A DNA stretch of 64,000 bases from Candidatus Limnocylindria bacterium (GTDB lineage Bacteria > Chloroflexota > Limnocylindria > P2-11E), in assembly GCA_036523395.1 (NCBI GenBank), contig DATDEH010000122.1, positions 28,429-92,428 of the forward strand, in the 5' to 3' direction. A program made the position numbers and the translations under genes. Positions 18,461 through 32,257 of the stretch are shown here, piece after piece. Under the pieces are notes generated by a model. That model was given only the letters and a program-made list of their open reading frames with translations. It was not told the origin of the DNA and made no database searches. Every line of letters starts with the position of its first letter. Position 1 is the first letter of the stretch.

Positions 18461-19705
18461 ATGCTCGCACGCGCGCGGGAACATTCCGGCGGCCTCTATC
18501 TGTTCGTCGCGTCGTCCGTCGCGAACGTCCTCGGCTTCGGCTACCAGATCGTCATGGCGCGGCTCCTCCGACCCGAGGAGTACGCCGTGCTCACCGCGCT
18601 GTTCGGCATCCTGATCCTCGAGTCGATCTCGAGCCAGGTGATCCAGTCGGCGACCGCCAAGCTCGCCGCGCAGTACCGCGCCCGCGACGAGGAGGCCGCC
18701 CTTCACGCGTTCGTGCGCCGCTGGGCCGTGCGCGTCGGTGGCGGCGCCGCCGCCGTCGGGCTGCTTGTCGCGGCGCTCTCTGGCGTGATCGCGGGGGCGC
18801 TCGCGCTGCCCGCGCTATCCGTCGCGCTCCTCGGCCTGACGCTGTTCCTCGCGCTCGTCTTCACCTTCGGCCTCGGACTGCTCCAGGGTCTCGCGCGTTT
18901 CGTGTGGATGGGGTCTGCGCTTATCGCGCAGGCCGGCGGCCGTCTCGCTGTGGGCGTCGCCCTCGTTCTCGCGGGCCTCGGTGTAGATGGAGCGTTCACG
19001 GGCGCGACCGCGGCGATCGCGATCAGCCTCGTGGTCGTGGCGGTGCCGCTCGTCCCGCTGTTCCGCGCCGCCCGTGGGAGCACCGCGATACACGAGCTCG
19101 GGCCGGCGGAGACGCGCTTCTTCGCGCTTTCGGCGGTCGTGTTGCTCGCGTACGCGGCGCTCACGAACATCGACGCGGTCCTGGCGCGTTCGCTGCTGCG
19201 GCCGGAGGACGCCGGCGCCTACGCCGGCGCCATCACGATGGGGAAGATCGTCCTCTTCGCGCCGATCGCGATCGGCTTCCTGCTCCTCGAACGCACCGCG
19301 CGCACGCACGCGCGCGGCGAGGACACGGACCGTGCCCTGTATCTCGCGCTCGCGTTCGTGCTCGCCACGAGCGGCTTCGTCGCCGTTGCGTACATCCTTG
19401 TGCCGGAGTTGCTCGTGCCGCTCGTCGTGGGCACGCAGTACCCAGAGACCGCGAAGATCGTCGGCACATATGGGGTCGCCGCGCTCGCGAACGCCCTGCT
19501 CAACCTGTGGATCTCGTACTTCATCGGGCGCGGTGAGATGCGGGTCGGACTGCTGCTGGCCGCCGCGGTCGTCGCGGAGCTCGTGCTGTTGCTGACGAAC
19601 GCGACCGATCCGCTCGCTATGGCGCGCATCGTTCTCGTCGTCGCGCTCGCGACACAGGCCGCTGCGGTGGCGACGTTCGTCGTGAGGAAGGCGCGCGCGG
19701 GCTAG
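18461..19705 (+). CDS. polysaccharide/oligosaccharide flippase-like transporter (MOP superfamily, Wzx-like)
   Basis: ~12 predicted TM helices, a polysaccharide-biosynthesis-protein-like N-terminus, 414 aa. Confidence 0.5.
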   Translation: MLARAREHSGGLYLFVASSVANVLGFGYQIVMARLLRPEEYAVLTALFGILILESISSQVIQSATAKLAAQYRARDEEAALHAFVRRWAVRVGGGAAAVGLLVAALSGVIAGALALPALSVALLGLTLFLALVFTFGLGLLQGLARFVWMGSALIAQAGGRLAVGVALVLAGLGVDGAFTGATAAIAISLVVVAVPLVPLFRAARGSTAIHELGPAETRFFALSAVVLLAYAALTNIDAVLARSLLRPEDAGAYAGAITMGKIVLFAPIAIGFLLLERTARTHARGEDTDRALYLALAFVLATSGFVAVAYILVPELLVPLVVGTQYPETAKIVGTYGVAALANALLNLWISYFIGRGEMRVGLLLAAAVVAELVLLLTNATDPLAMARIVLVVALATQAAAVATFVVRKARAG

Positions 19706-20397
19706 AGTGCGGTCGCGTCCACCAAGCCGTTGCGCACGGCGTAGATCGCGGCCTGCGTGCGGTCCGAGACGTTCAGCTTTTCGAGGATCGCCGCGACGTG
19801 GCTCTTCACCGTTTCCGGTGAGAGCACGAGCTTGTCCGCGATCTCGCGGTTGGAAAGACCTTCGGCCACGAGTCCGAGGATCTCGCGCTCGCGCTTCGTG
19901 AGATTCTTCGCCGCGGAAGGCACGGGGCCCGCAGGCTTCATCTCGCTCAGCATGCCGCGAAGCAGCTTGGACTCGATGAACGCGCCGCCGGTGGAGACCT
20001 GACGGATCGCGTCGACGAGCTCTTCCTTTGAAACGTCCTTCAGGAGGTAGCCGGCAGCGCCGGCGCGCACGGCGTCACGAAGGTAGGAGGGGTTGTCGTG
20101 CATGGTGACCATGATCACCGCGGTGCGCGGTCGCTCCTCTTTGATGCGCTTGGTGGCCTCGAGGCCGTCCATGTCCGGCATGCGAACGTCCATGAGGACG
20201 ACGTCGGGCAGATCCCGGCGCGTGGCCTCGACGGCCTCGCGGCCGGTGCGCGCTTCACCGACGACCTCGATACCGTCGGCGTTGAGGAGCATTGCCGCGA
20301 CGCCCTGTCGGACCAGCTCGTGGTCGTCGACCAGCAGTACACGTGTGGCCACGGGCTGATTGTACGGTCCTCGGACGATGGAGCTCACCGCCGACAC
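19702..20397 (-). CDS. NarL/FixJ-family response regulator (REC + LuxR HTH)
   Basis: VLLVDDH…VLMDVRMPDMDG…K receiver, and a C-terminal LuxR-type HTH (LTKREREIL…SPETVKSHV). Confidence 0.8.
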   Translation of the reverse strand: MSAVSSIVRGPYNQPVATRVLLVDDHELVRQGVAAMLLNADGIEVVGEARTGREAVEATRRDLPDVVLMDVRMPDMDGLEATKRIKEERPRTAVIMVTMHDNPSYLRDAVRAGAAGYLLKDVSKEELVDAIRQVSTGGAFIESKLLRGMLSEMKPAGPVPSAAKNLTKREREILGLVAEGLSNREIADKLVLSPETVKSHVAAILEKLNVSDRTQAAIYAVRNGLVDATAL

Positions 20398-20407
20398 TCG
20401 ATGGTGG

Positions 20408-20854
20408 TCAATACAGCGCGAGCCAGATGAGATAGATCACGAGCAGGATCCCCGCGAGCCCGAACAGAACCACAACGACAGTACCGAGCGTGCCGAGCGC
20501 TAACTGCGAGTTGGGGCTGCCCACAACGCCGTCGATCATCTTCGCGAACTCCGCCGCGGTCGCGTCCTTGCGCAGCCATCCGCGCCCCTCGGGTAGCCGT
20601 CGCAGAAGTGCGCGGCCGTCGGACTCCGTACCCGACAACACCAGGGTCGGTGTGCCGAGGTGGATGTTGGCGCGTCCCGTCAACAGCGTGCCGTCGATGA
20701 GCGCGACGTTGGGACGCCAGTCGCGGATCGCGGCAGCCTCGGCAGCGCTCGCGACACGCCGCACGTCATAACGCTGCTCGAGTCGCAGCAGGGTTTCGAT
20801 GCCCGATCCGATGACGGGGTGAGCGACGACCAGAAGAACCCGTGTTTGGGCCAA
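20408..20854 (-). CDS. atypical receiver-like domain protein with C-terminal TM anchor
   Basis: VLLVVAHP…NVALIDGTLL has a REC-like topology but degenerate acidic-pocket residues. It ends in a hydrophobic helix (VVVVLFGLAGILLVIYLIWLALY). It sits 10 nt upstream of the LuxR RR. Confidence 0.4.
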   Translation of the reverse strand: MAQTRVLLVVAHPVIGSGIETLLRLEQRYDVRRVASAAEAAAIRDWRPNVALIDGTLLTGRANIHLGTPTLVLSGTESDGRALLRRLPEGRGWLRKDATAAEFAKMIDGVVGSPNSQLALGTLGTVVVVLFGLAGILLVIYLIWLALY

Positions 20855-21002
20855 CGACGCTATTCAACGGCACGGCGGCAGCCCCTGGCGCGGTTTAAGT
20901 AGGAGCATCCCCCGAGCGAGCGACTGAGCTGTCGGTGCTCTGTCGACCTTGTCGCGGATCGCGACAGAGCTCTCCTACCTTTCTCACACCAGCGACCGAT
21001 AG

Positions 21003-26438
<5,436 letters not shown>

Positions 26439-26485
26439 GTGGCGAAGCACCGCGACTCGCGGCGGACCCGCTAGCCTTTCACGCG

Positions 26486-26875
26486 ATGCGTAGCCGCGGC
26501 CCGCTCGTAGCGCGGATCCTGGCGGTCTTGCTCCTCGTCGCCGCGACGTTCCTCTTCGTTCGCTGGTGGGACTTCACGCTGCCGTCGTTCGGCGCGCGCT
26601 ATCAGGCGGTCTTTCTCGCGAATGGTCAGACGTACTTCGGCCACTACCTCGACCGTCTCGGTCCGTATGTAAAGGTCGAAAACGCGTTCTACATCACGCA
26701 GGAGCCGACCGTCGAGGAAGGCCAGACGCCGGAGTCCCGCATCATCCGCCGTGGCAGCGAGCTCCATCAGCCGCTGCCGTTCGTGCTGATCCCGAAGTCG
26801 GCGATCCTCTTCGTCGAGGATCTGCGAGCGGACTCGCAGGTCGGCCTGTTCATGGATCGAGAGCTCGGCAAGTGA
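26486..26875 (+). CDS. small N-terminally anchored membrane protein, paralog A (conserved GSELHQP motif)
   Basis: ATG 26486. TM helix LVARILAVLLLVAATFLFV followed by a ~100-aa domain (…AVFLANGQTYFGHYLD…RRGSELHQPLPFVLIP…). Confidence 0.5.
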   Translation: MRSRGPLVARILAVLLLVAATFLFVRWWDFTLPSFGARYQAVFLANGQTYFGHYLDRLGPYVKVENAFYITQEPTVEEGQTPESRIIRRGSELHQPLPFVLIPKSAILFVEDLRADSQVGLFMDRELGK

Positions 26876-27264
26876 CGCTGGTTCGCGCGCTCATCGTAGC
26901 GGGCGCGATCGCGGGTGGCGTGTTCCTTGGCGCGGGGCTCGACGTGCAAGCCCTGCCCTTTGTCGGATCGGAGCGTCTCTCGGCTGTGTTCCTCCTCGAT
27001 GGCCAGGCCTACTTCGGTCACCTCGAGGACACACCCTGGTCGGGGACGATCGTCCTTCGCGACGTCTATTACATCAACGACGCGTCGAAGGTCACGACTG
27101 ACCTGCCAGTCGGACTGCTGAAGCGCGGGAGCGAGCTGCATCAGCCAGTCGACGTGATGTACATCCGCCGCGACAAGGTGCTCGCGATCGAGCGGGTAAC
27201 GCCGGCATCTCCGGTCGGACTGGCGATCGCGAGCCAGCGCGCACTGGATCGGGGCGCGAAATGA
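26872..27264 (+). CDS. small N-terminally anchored membrane protein, paralog B
   Basis: GTG overlaps the paralog A stop (GTGA). …AVFLLDGQAYFGHLED…KRGSELHQPVDVMYI… is clearly paralogous to the upstream gene. Confidence 0.5.
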   Translation: MTLVRALIVAGAIAGGVFLGAGLDVQALPFVGSERLSAVFLLDGQAYFGHLEDTPWSGTIVLRDVYYINDASKVTTDLPVGLLKRGSELHQPVDVMYIRRDKVLAIERVTPASPVGLAIASQRALDRGAK

Positions 27265-27881
27265 CGCAGCGGGGGACCGTCGACGTGGGGGTCCGCATCT
27301 CGGGCCGCACCATGCGAATCGGCGCTGCCGTCGGCGCGGCGCTGCTCGCGCTCGTCGTGATCGTCGGCATCGCGGCGGCTGCGCGCGCCAACGAGCCGGT
27401 GACCGTCGCGAGCGCGGCAGAGCTGAAGATCCAACAGGGCGCTGTCGAACGCGACGTCGAGCGTTCGTACGAGCAGGCCGTGCAGCAGGTCACCAAAGTG
27501 CGCGCCCTCAACCTCGCCATCACCGCGGCGCAGGCGGACCAGATCGCGGCCAAAGCATTGACCGACCTGCGCGCCCTTCGGCACAGCGCCTTCGTCTCGC
27601 TGGCCCAGATCATGAACATGTCCGCCGCCGACGCGGAGGCCTACAGCACGGCGGCGGAGACGCGCTTCGATTCGGCACCCGTGAGCAAACAGACCGCTTC
27701 GCCCTCGCCGGTCCTGCTCGCGCCGCGTTACTACACCGTCGTGACACGCATGAGCGAGCTCTCGACCCTTATCGCGGATCAGGCGACCACGCAGCTCACC
27801 GCGCCGCCGCCATCGGCCGCACCATCGGCGGCACCGTCGCCGACCGCGCGGCCGTCGGCCTCCCCGTCGCCGACGCGGTGA
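27261..27881 (+). CDS. membrane-anchored protein with Pro/Ala/Ser-rich C-terminal tail
   Basis: ATG overlaps the upstream stop (ATGA). One TM helix (AAVGAALLALVVIVGIAAAA) and a coiled-coil-like middle region. The tail is …PPPSAAPSAAPSPTARPSASPSPTR. Confidence 0.45.
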   Translation: MTQRGTVDVGVRISGRTMRIGAAVGAALLALVVIVGIAAAARANEPVTVASAAELKIQQGAVERDVERSYEQAVQQVTKVRALNLAITAAQADQIAAKALTDLRALRHSAFVSLAQIMNMSAADAEAYSTAAETRFDSAPVSKQTASPSPVLLAPRYYTVVTRMSELSTLIADQATTQLTAPPPSAAPSAAPSPTARPSASPSPTR

Positions 27882-27888
27882 CCTACTG

Positions 27889-28503
27889 ATGACTCCCCCG
27901 AAAGTCCGACTGCGCGCGCTATTTGCTCGGCTACCATCCGGCGAGGAAATGGGAAGGCTCGCGCGCGGTCTGTCGAGCGTGCTGCTCTCGTTACTGCTCG
28001 TCGGCTGTGGGCTCGGCACCAGCGGGGCCACGCCTGCCCCGGGCTCGACCGGGAGTGATGCGCTAAGCCAGGGCCTTGCGGCCCACACCGCGGGCAAGCT
28101 CGACGAAGCGATCCCCCTCTACTTCCAGGCCCTCTCGAAGGATCCGTCGAACAAGTTCGCCCTCTTCAACCTCGGGCAGATCGAGCACACGAAGAATCAC
28201 CTCGTCTCAGCCGAAGCGTGGTACCGCCTCGCGCTTCAGAGCGACAACGCGATGCCGTCGGCGCTCTACAACCTCGCTCTCGTCCGTCAGGCCGTCGGTG
28301 ACTCGATCGAATCGGCGAGTCTGTTGCGTAGCCTCATCCGGATCGATCCGAACAACGCCCTGGCGCATTACAACCTGGGTATCTCACTCCGCTCGCTCGG
28401 CCAGAACGCCGACGCGACGACCGAGTTCGCGACGGCGCAGCGCCTAGACGCGCGCCTTGTCACTCCGACCGGATCGCCGGCGCGGCCCTCTCCCACACGC
28501 TGA
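27889..28503 (+). CDS. TPR-repeat lipoprotein
   Basis: Lipobox LLLVGC, three or four TPR units (AIPLYFQALSKDPSN…AEAWYRLALQ…YNLALV…HYNLGISL). A second ATG at 27949 gives a cleaner signal peptide (MGRLARG…LVGC). Confidence 0.6.
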   Translation: MTPPKVRLRALFARLPSGEEMGRLARGLSSVLLSLLLVGCGLGTSGATPAPGSTGSDALSQGLAAHTAGKLDEAIPLYFQALSKDPSNKFALFNLGQIEHTKNHLVSAEAWYRLALQSDNAMPSALYNLALVRQAVGDSIESASLLRSLIRIDPNNALAHYNLGISLRSLGQNADATTEFATAQRLDARLVTPTGSPARPSPTR

Positions 28504-30647
28504 CACTCTCGCGCCTTCGCGGCTTAGACCCGCAGCGGTACCTCCTCCTCGCGATCGTCCTCGCCGTCGTCCTCTTCGACGCGATCACGCTCTTTCCAGA
28601 GGTCGTCGTACCTGTGCCGAGCAACAACGACGACGCGTTCCACTTCCTCTTCGTCCAGCGCGCGTCCGACGCGCTCGCGCGCGGCGCGAACCCGCTCGAT
28701 TTCTGGACACCGCAGCTCGAGCTGGGCTTCGCGAGCTTCGTGCACTACCAGAACCTCGCACACCTCGCCGTTGTCGCGCTCCATCGCGCGCTGTTCGGCC
28801 TGGTCGACATCTTCACGCTCTTCAACCTGATCCGGTATCTGCTGCTGGTGCTCTTCCCGCTCACCGTGCTGTGGTCGCTGCTCCGCATGGGCTTCACGTT
28901 CGCTCAGGCAGCGCTCGGCGCTGCCGCGTCGTCGCTTCTCGCGACACCGTTCCTGTACGGCCTCGACTACGCCTCGTACATCTGGCGCGGGTTCGGGACG
29001 TACACGCAGCTCTGGGCGATGCACCTATCGTTCATCAGCCTCGCTGCGGCGCACACCGTGATCACGCGCGGCCGGGGTCATGTTCTGGCGATCGTCGCCC
29101 TCGCGGCTTTGGTGCTCGTGCACCTGCTCTACGCGTACATGCTCGCGATCAGCGTCGGCGTGCTGTTCGTGGTGTCGCTTCGCCGCGCGTCCTGGCGCAG
29201 CCAGGTGCTCGGCATGGGCGCCGTCGGGCTCCTTGCGCTCGTGATCACCTCGTACATGTGGCTGCCGTACCTGCAGACCGCCGCGTACCTGAACGTGAGC
29301 CCCTATCTGCAGCCGGAGAAGTACGACGGCCTCGGCGCCGGTCAGGTCCTGCGTTACCTCGTGACCGGAGAGCTGTTCGACGGCGGGCGGCTGCCGATCC
29401 TGTCGCTCTTCGTTGGCCTGGGCATCGTGAGCGTCGCGTTCCAGCGGACACGGCTCGCCATCACGGCACTCGTGCTCTTCGCGGTCTGGCTCGTCCTGTA
29501 CTTCGGCCGGCCGACGCTCGGCGGCCTCATCGATCTCCTTCCGCTGCACCAGACCCTCTTCATCCATCGCTTCAGCGGCGCGGTCCACCTCGCGGGCATC
29601 CTGCTGATCGGCCTGGGCGCCGGGTGGCTCTGGGATCTGGCGGCCAGACGATCCCGGCGACCGTGGTTGCCACTCGCACTCGTCGCGGTCGCCTTCCTCG
29701 CGCTCGTGCCGGCGATGCGGGAGCGCTACGCCTTCTACGTGCAGAACCTCGACTGGATGCAGCAGACCCGAATCGCCATCGGCTCGGACGGCGACGCGAG
29801 GTCGATCGTCGATCAGCTGCGTACGCTTCCGGCGGGCCGCGTCTTCGCGGGTCTGCGCACCGACTACGGACCCGCGATGAACTTCGCGATCCCGTTCAAT
29901 TCCGTGCGCTTCAGCGATGTGCTCACGTTCAGCGCGATCGATACGGTCTCGCCGCCGTACAACTCACTGTCACTCTCGAGCGACATGCTCTGGGACTTCG
30001 ACTACCGACGCGCTGAGGATTACGACCTCTTTAACGTGCGGTACGTCGTCGCACCGGCGACGCTGCCCGCACCGTCCTTTCTCTCGGTACTGAGAAGGAC
30101 CGCGCGATACACGCTGTATCAGGCGCCCACGAGCGGCTACGGCGAGTACGTCATGGTCACGCGCCGGCAGGCCGTCGCAACATCGGGCGACCTCGTGCGC
30201 GCGAACCGACCGTGGCTGCTCGACGCCGCTCGCTCACAGCGCGACTTCACGGAGTGGGATTACCCAGCGGTGACGACACAGGGCGACCTCCCCGTATCAG
30301 GTTGCACGGGGAGCGAAGTGTCTGAGGTCCACGTTGCCGCGGAGCGGCTCGACCTCGCTACTTCGTGTGACAGCTCAGGCACCCTGCTCATCAAGGTCAC
30401 GTACGACCCGGGCTGGCGCGTGACGGTGGACGGGTCGTCAGTCGCGACGTTCATGTTGTCGCCGGCCTACCTCGGTGCCGCGATCCCCGCCGGGACGCAC
30501 AACGTCACGGCGCAGTACATCGGCACTCCGGCCAAGATGCCGCTCTTCGTCATCGGACTCGTGGTGCTCGTGGGACTCGCGCTGGTGCCGCGTCGGAATT
30601 GGTGGGCAGCGCGATTGACGCGCACGGCGGCTCCCCCGGTCGGGTGA
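28500..30647 (+). CDS. large polytopic membrane protein, YfhO-like (putative lipid-linked-glycan transferase family) with C-terminal extracytoplasmic domain
   Basis: ≥11 TM helices in the N-terminal 400 aa and a ~250-aa soluble C-terminal domain. Total size ~700 aa. The best start is CTG 28500, which overlaps the TPR stop (CTGA). GTG 28614 is the first canonical start but would truncate the first TM helix (LLLAIVLAVVLF). Confidence 0.5.
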   Translation: MTLSRLRGLDPQRYLLLAIVLAVVLFDAITLFPEVVVPVPSNNDDAFHFLFVQRASDALARGANPLDFWTPQLELGFASFVHYQNLAHLAVVALHRALFGLVDIFTLFNLIRYLLLVLFPLTVLWSLLRMGFTFAQAALGAAASSLLATPFLYGLDYASYIWRGFGTYTQLWAMHLSFISLAAAHTVITRGRGHVLAIVALAALVLVHLLYAYMLAISVGVLFVVSLRRASWRSQVLGMGAVGLLALVITSYMWLPYLQTAAYLNVSPYLQPEKYDGLGAGQVLRYLVTGELFDGGRLPILSLFVGLGIVSVAFQRTRLAITALVLFAVWLVLYFGRPTLGGLIDLLPLHQTLFIHRFSGAVHLAGILLIGLGAGWLWDLAARRSRRPWLPLALVAVAFLALVPAMRERYAFYVQNLDWMQQTRIAIGSDGDARSIVDQLRTLPAGRVFAGLRTDYGPAMNFAIPFNSVRFSDVLTFSAIDTVSPPYNSLSLSSDMLWDFDYRRAEDYDLFNVRYVVAPATLPAPSFLSVLRRTARYTLYQAPTSGYGEYVMVTRRQAVATSGDLVRANRPWLLDAARSQRDFTEWDYPAVTTQGDLPVSGCTGSEVSEVHVAAERLDLATSCDSSGTLLIKVTYDPGWRVTVDGSSVATFMLSPAYLGAAIPAGTHNVTAQYIGTPAKMPLFVIGLVVLVGLALVPRRNWWAARLTRTAAPPVG

Positions 30648-30757
30648 GGAAGCCTGGCGGACCCTGCAGGCGCAGTGGTCCCAACAACGCGCCCGCCGGG
30701 ACTAGGTTGCCCCTCGTTCGGTCACATTCACCGACCTAGATTTGCTGCAAGCCAAGA

Positions 30758-30864
30758 CCGAGAGGTCCTGGTGACCCGAGCGAAACGGCAAACCCGTCGC
30801 GAGGCGGGGACGCAAAGCCTCCGGACTCACAGAGTTAGCGGGGTTACCGAAACGAGGATGAGCG
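30758..30864 (+). promoter_or_regulatory. conserved ~105-nt 5' leader, copy 1 (candidate cis-regulatory RNA, possibly ydaO/c-di-AMP-type riboswitch)
   Basis: cccgagcgaaacggcaaacccgtcgcgaggcggggacgcaaagcctccggactcacagagttagcggggttaccgaaacgaggatgagcgATG. It is ~80 % identical to the leader at 32151-32257. Differences cluster as would be expected for compensatory stem changes. Confidence 0.45.
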
Positions 30865-32034
30865 ATGAAGAGCCTTCTGAAGATCGCGGGCGTGGGCGCC
30901 CTCGCACTGCTGGCACTGATGTTCGTCTTCCGTGTTCAGGCCAGCGCGAACGACGGCCCCTCTTGCGCCCCGACGGCCGGTTTCGTCCCCATGTTCTGCG
31001 TCAACGTGCCGGTGGGCACGAGCGTGCGTCACGAGACCACCGTCCCTCTGTCGACGGTCCTCACGACCCGCGCCGACGTCCGCGTCGAGTCGGGTATCCC
31101 GGCTCCCGAGGTCGTGCGCCTCGCCTCCAGTGTCGACATCGCCATCAGCCGCATCGATCAGGTCTTCGATCGCTCGTTCACGGCCAAGCCGCGGATCCTC
31201 GTCTTCGCGACGCGCGTGAGCTTCGCACGTGGCACGCAGGACCTCTTCGGCTACTCGCCCGAGACAGCGGCGAACGTCGCGGCTTCATACGGTGGCGTGT
31301 TCGACCCGCAGACGCTCACCATCGCACTGAGCTGGCAGTCGACGGCGGGCTCGAATCTCCCACGTCTTCTCACTCATGAGCTGACGCACCTCGCGACGCG
31401 CGAGCTCGTCGGCACCGACGCCGTGCTGCCGGCGTGGTTCGAAGAAGGCCTCGCCGCGGAGATCGAGGCGGGCGATGCCGGCATCGACAAAGACGCGCAG
31501 CTCGCGGCGCGCTCGCTTCTCGCCAACGCTCCACGCACGCTCGACACGGTCGGCACGCTTGCCGACTGGCACCGCGAGTATGCGAAGCTCGGGACCGCCC
31601 TCTACGCCGTCTCCGCCGAGCTCGTCGGAGCGATGGAAGCGCAGATCGGTCGCGGCACGATGTTCGCCCTCCTCGCCGATGTCGGACACGGGGTGCGTTT
31701 CGAGGATGCCTACCGCGCACGAGCGGGTGAAGACCTCGCTGCGCTCCTGGCCCGCTTCACCGCCGGTGCCGCGTTCCAGCCCACGGTCACGGTGGGGACC
31801 GTCCCGGACAGCAACGGCAACCTCCGATGGACACTCACTGGATTCGCCCCCAACAGCGAAGTGCGGATCACGATCTCGGGCACGAGCTACGACCTGGGTT
31901 ACTCGCTCCACACCGACGGGATCGGGATGCACCGCGGCACCTTCGGATCGACTGCGGCACCCGGGTCTTACACCCTGACGGCGAGGAGCACGAGCTTGTA
32001 CGCGACGGGCACGATCGACACGATGTCGCGCTAG
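30865..32034 (+). CDS. secreted HExxH-motif protein (putative zinc metallopeptidase)
   Basis: Signal peptide MKSLLKIAGVGALALLALMFV. THELTHL (HExxH) with a downstream EEGLAAE. ~390 aa. Confidence 0.55.
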   Translation: MKSLLKIAGVGALALLALMFVFRVQASANDGPSCAPTAGFVPMFCVNVPVGTSVRHETTVPLSTVLTTRADVRVESGIPAPEVVRLASSVDIAISRIDQVFDRSFTAKPRILVFATRVSFARGTQDLFGYSPETAANVAASYGGVFDPQTLTIALSWQSTAGSNLPRLLTHELTHLATRELVGTDAVLPAWFEEGLAAEIEAGDAGIDKDAQLAARSLLANAPRTLDTVGTLADWHREYAKLGTALYAVSAELVGAMEAQIGRGTMFALLADVGHGVRFEDAYRARAGEDLAALLARFTAGAAFQPTVTVGTVPDSNGNLRWTLTGFAPNSEVRITISGTSYDLGYSLHTDGIGMHRGTFGSTAAPGSYTLTARSTSLYATGTIDTMSR

Positions 32035-32150
32035 CGAGCGAGCGAGCGGAGTCCCCTTCTCTCATACCTATGGGGTAGTCCCATCGGCAGCCATTCCTGG
32101 GACCTCCTCGACCCTCGCGCCGGACCTTCGCGCACCTACGATTGCATGGC

Positions 32151-32257
32151 CAGAGAACGAAGTCTGGCCCGAGCGAAATGGCAAATCCGCCGCGAGGCGG
32201 TGACGCAAAGCCACCGGACTCTTCGGGTCAGCGGGGCTCCCGAAACGAGGATGAGTA
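32151..32257 (+). promoter_or_regulatory. conserved 5' leader, copy 2 (candidate riboswitch)
   Basis: cccgagcgaaatggcaaatccgccgcgaggcggtgacgcaaagccaccggactcttcgggtcagcggggctcccgaaacgaggatgagtaATG. Confidence 0.45.
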
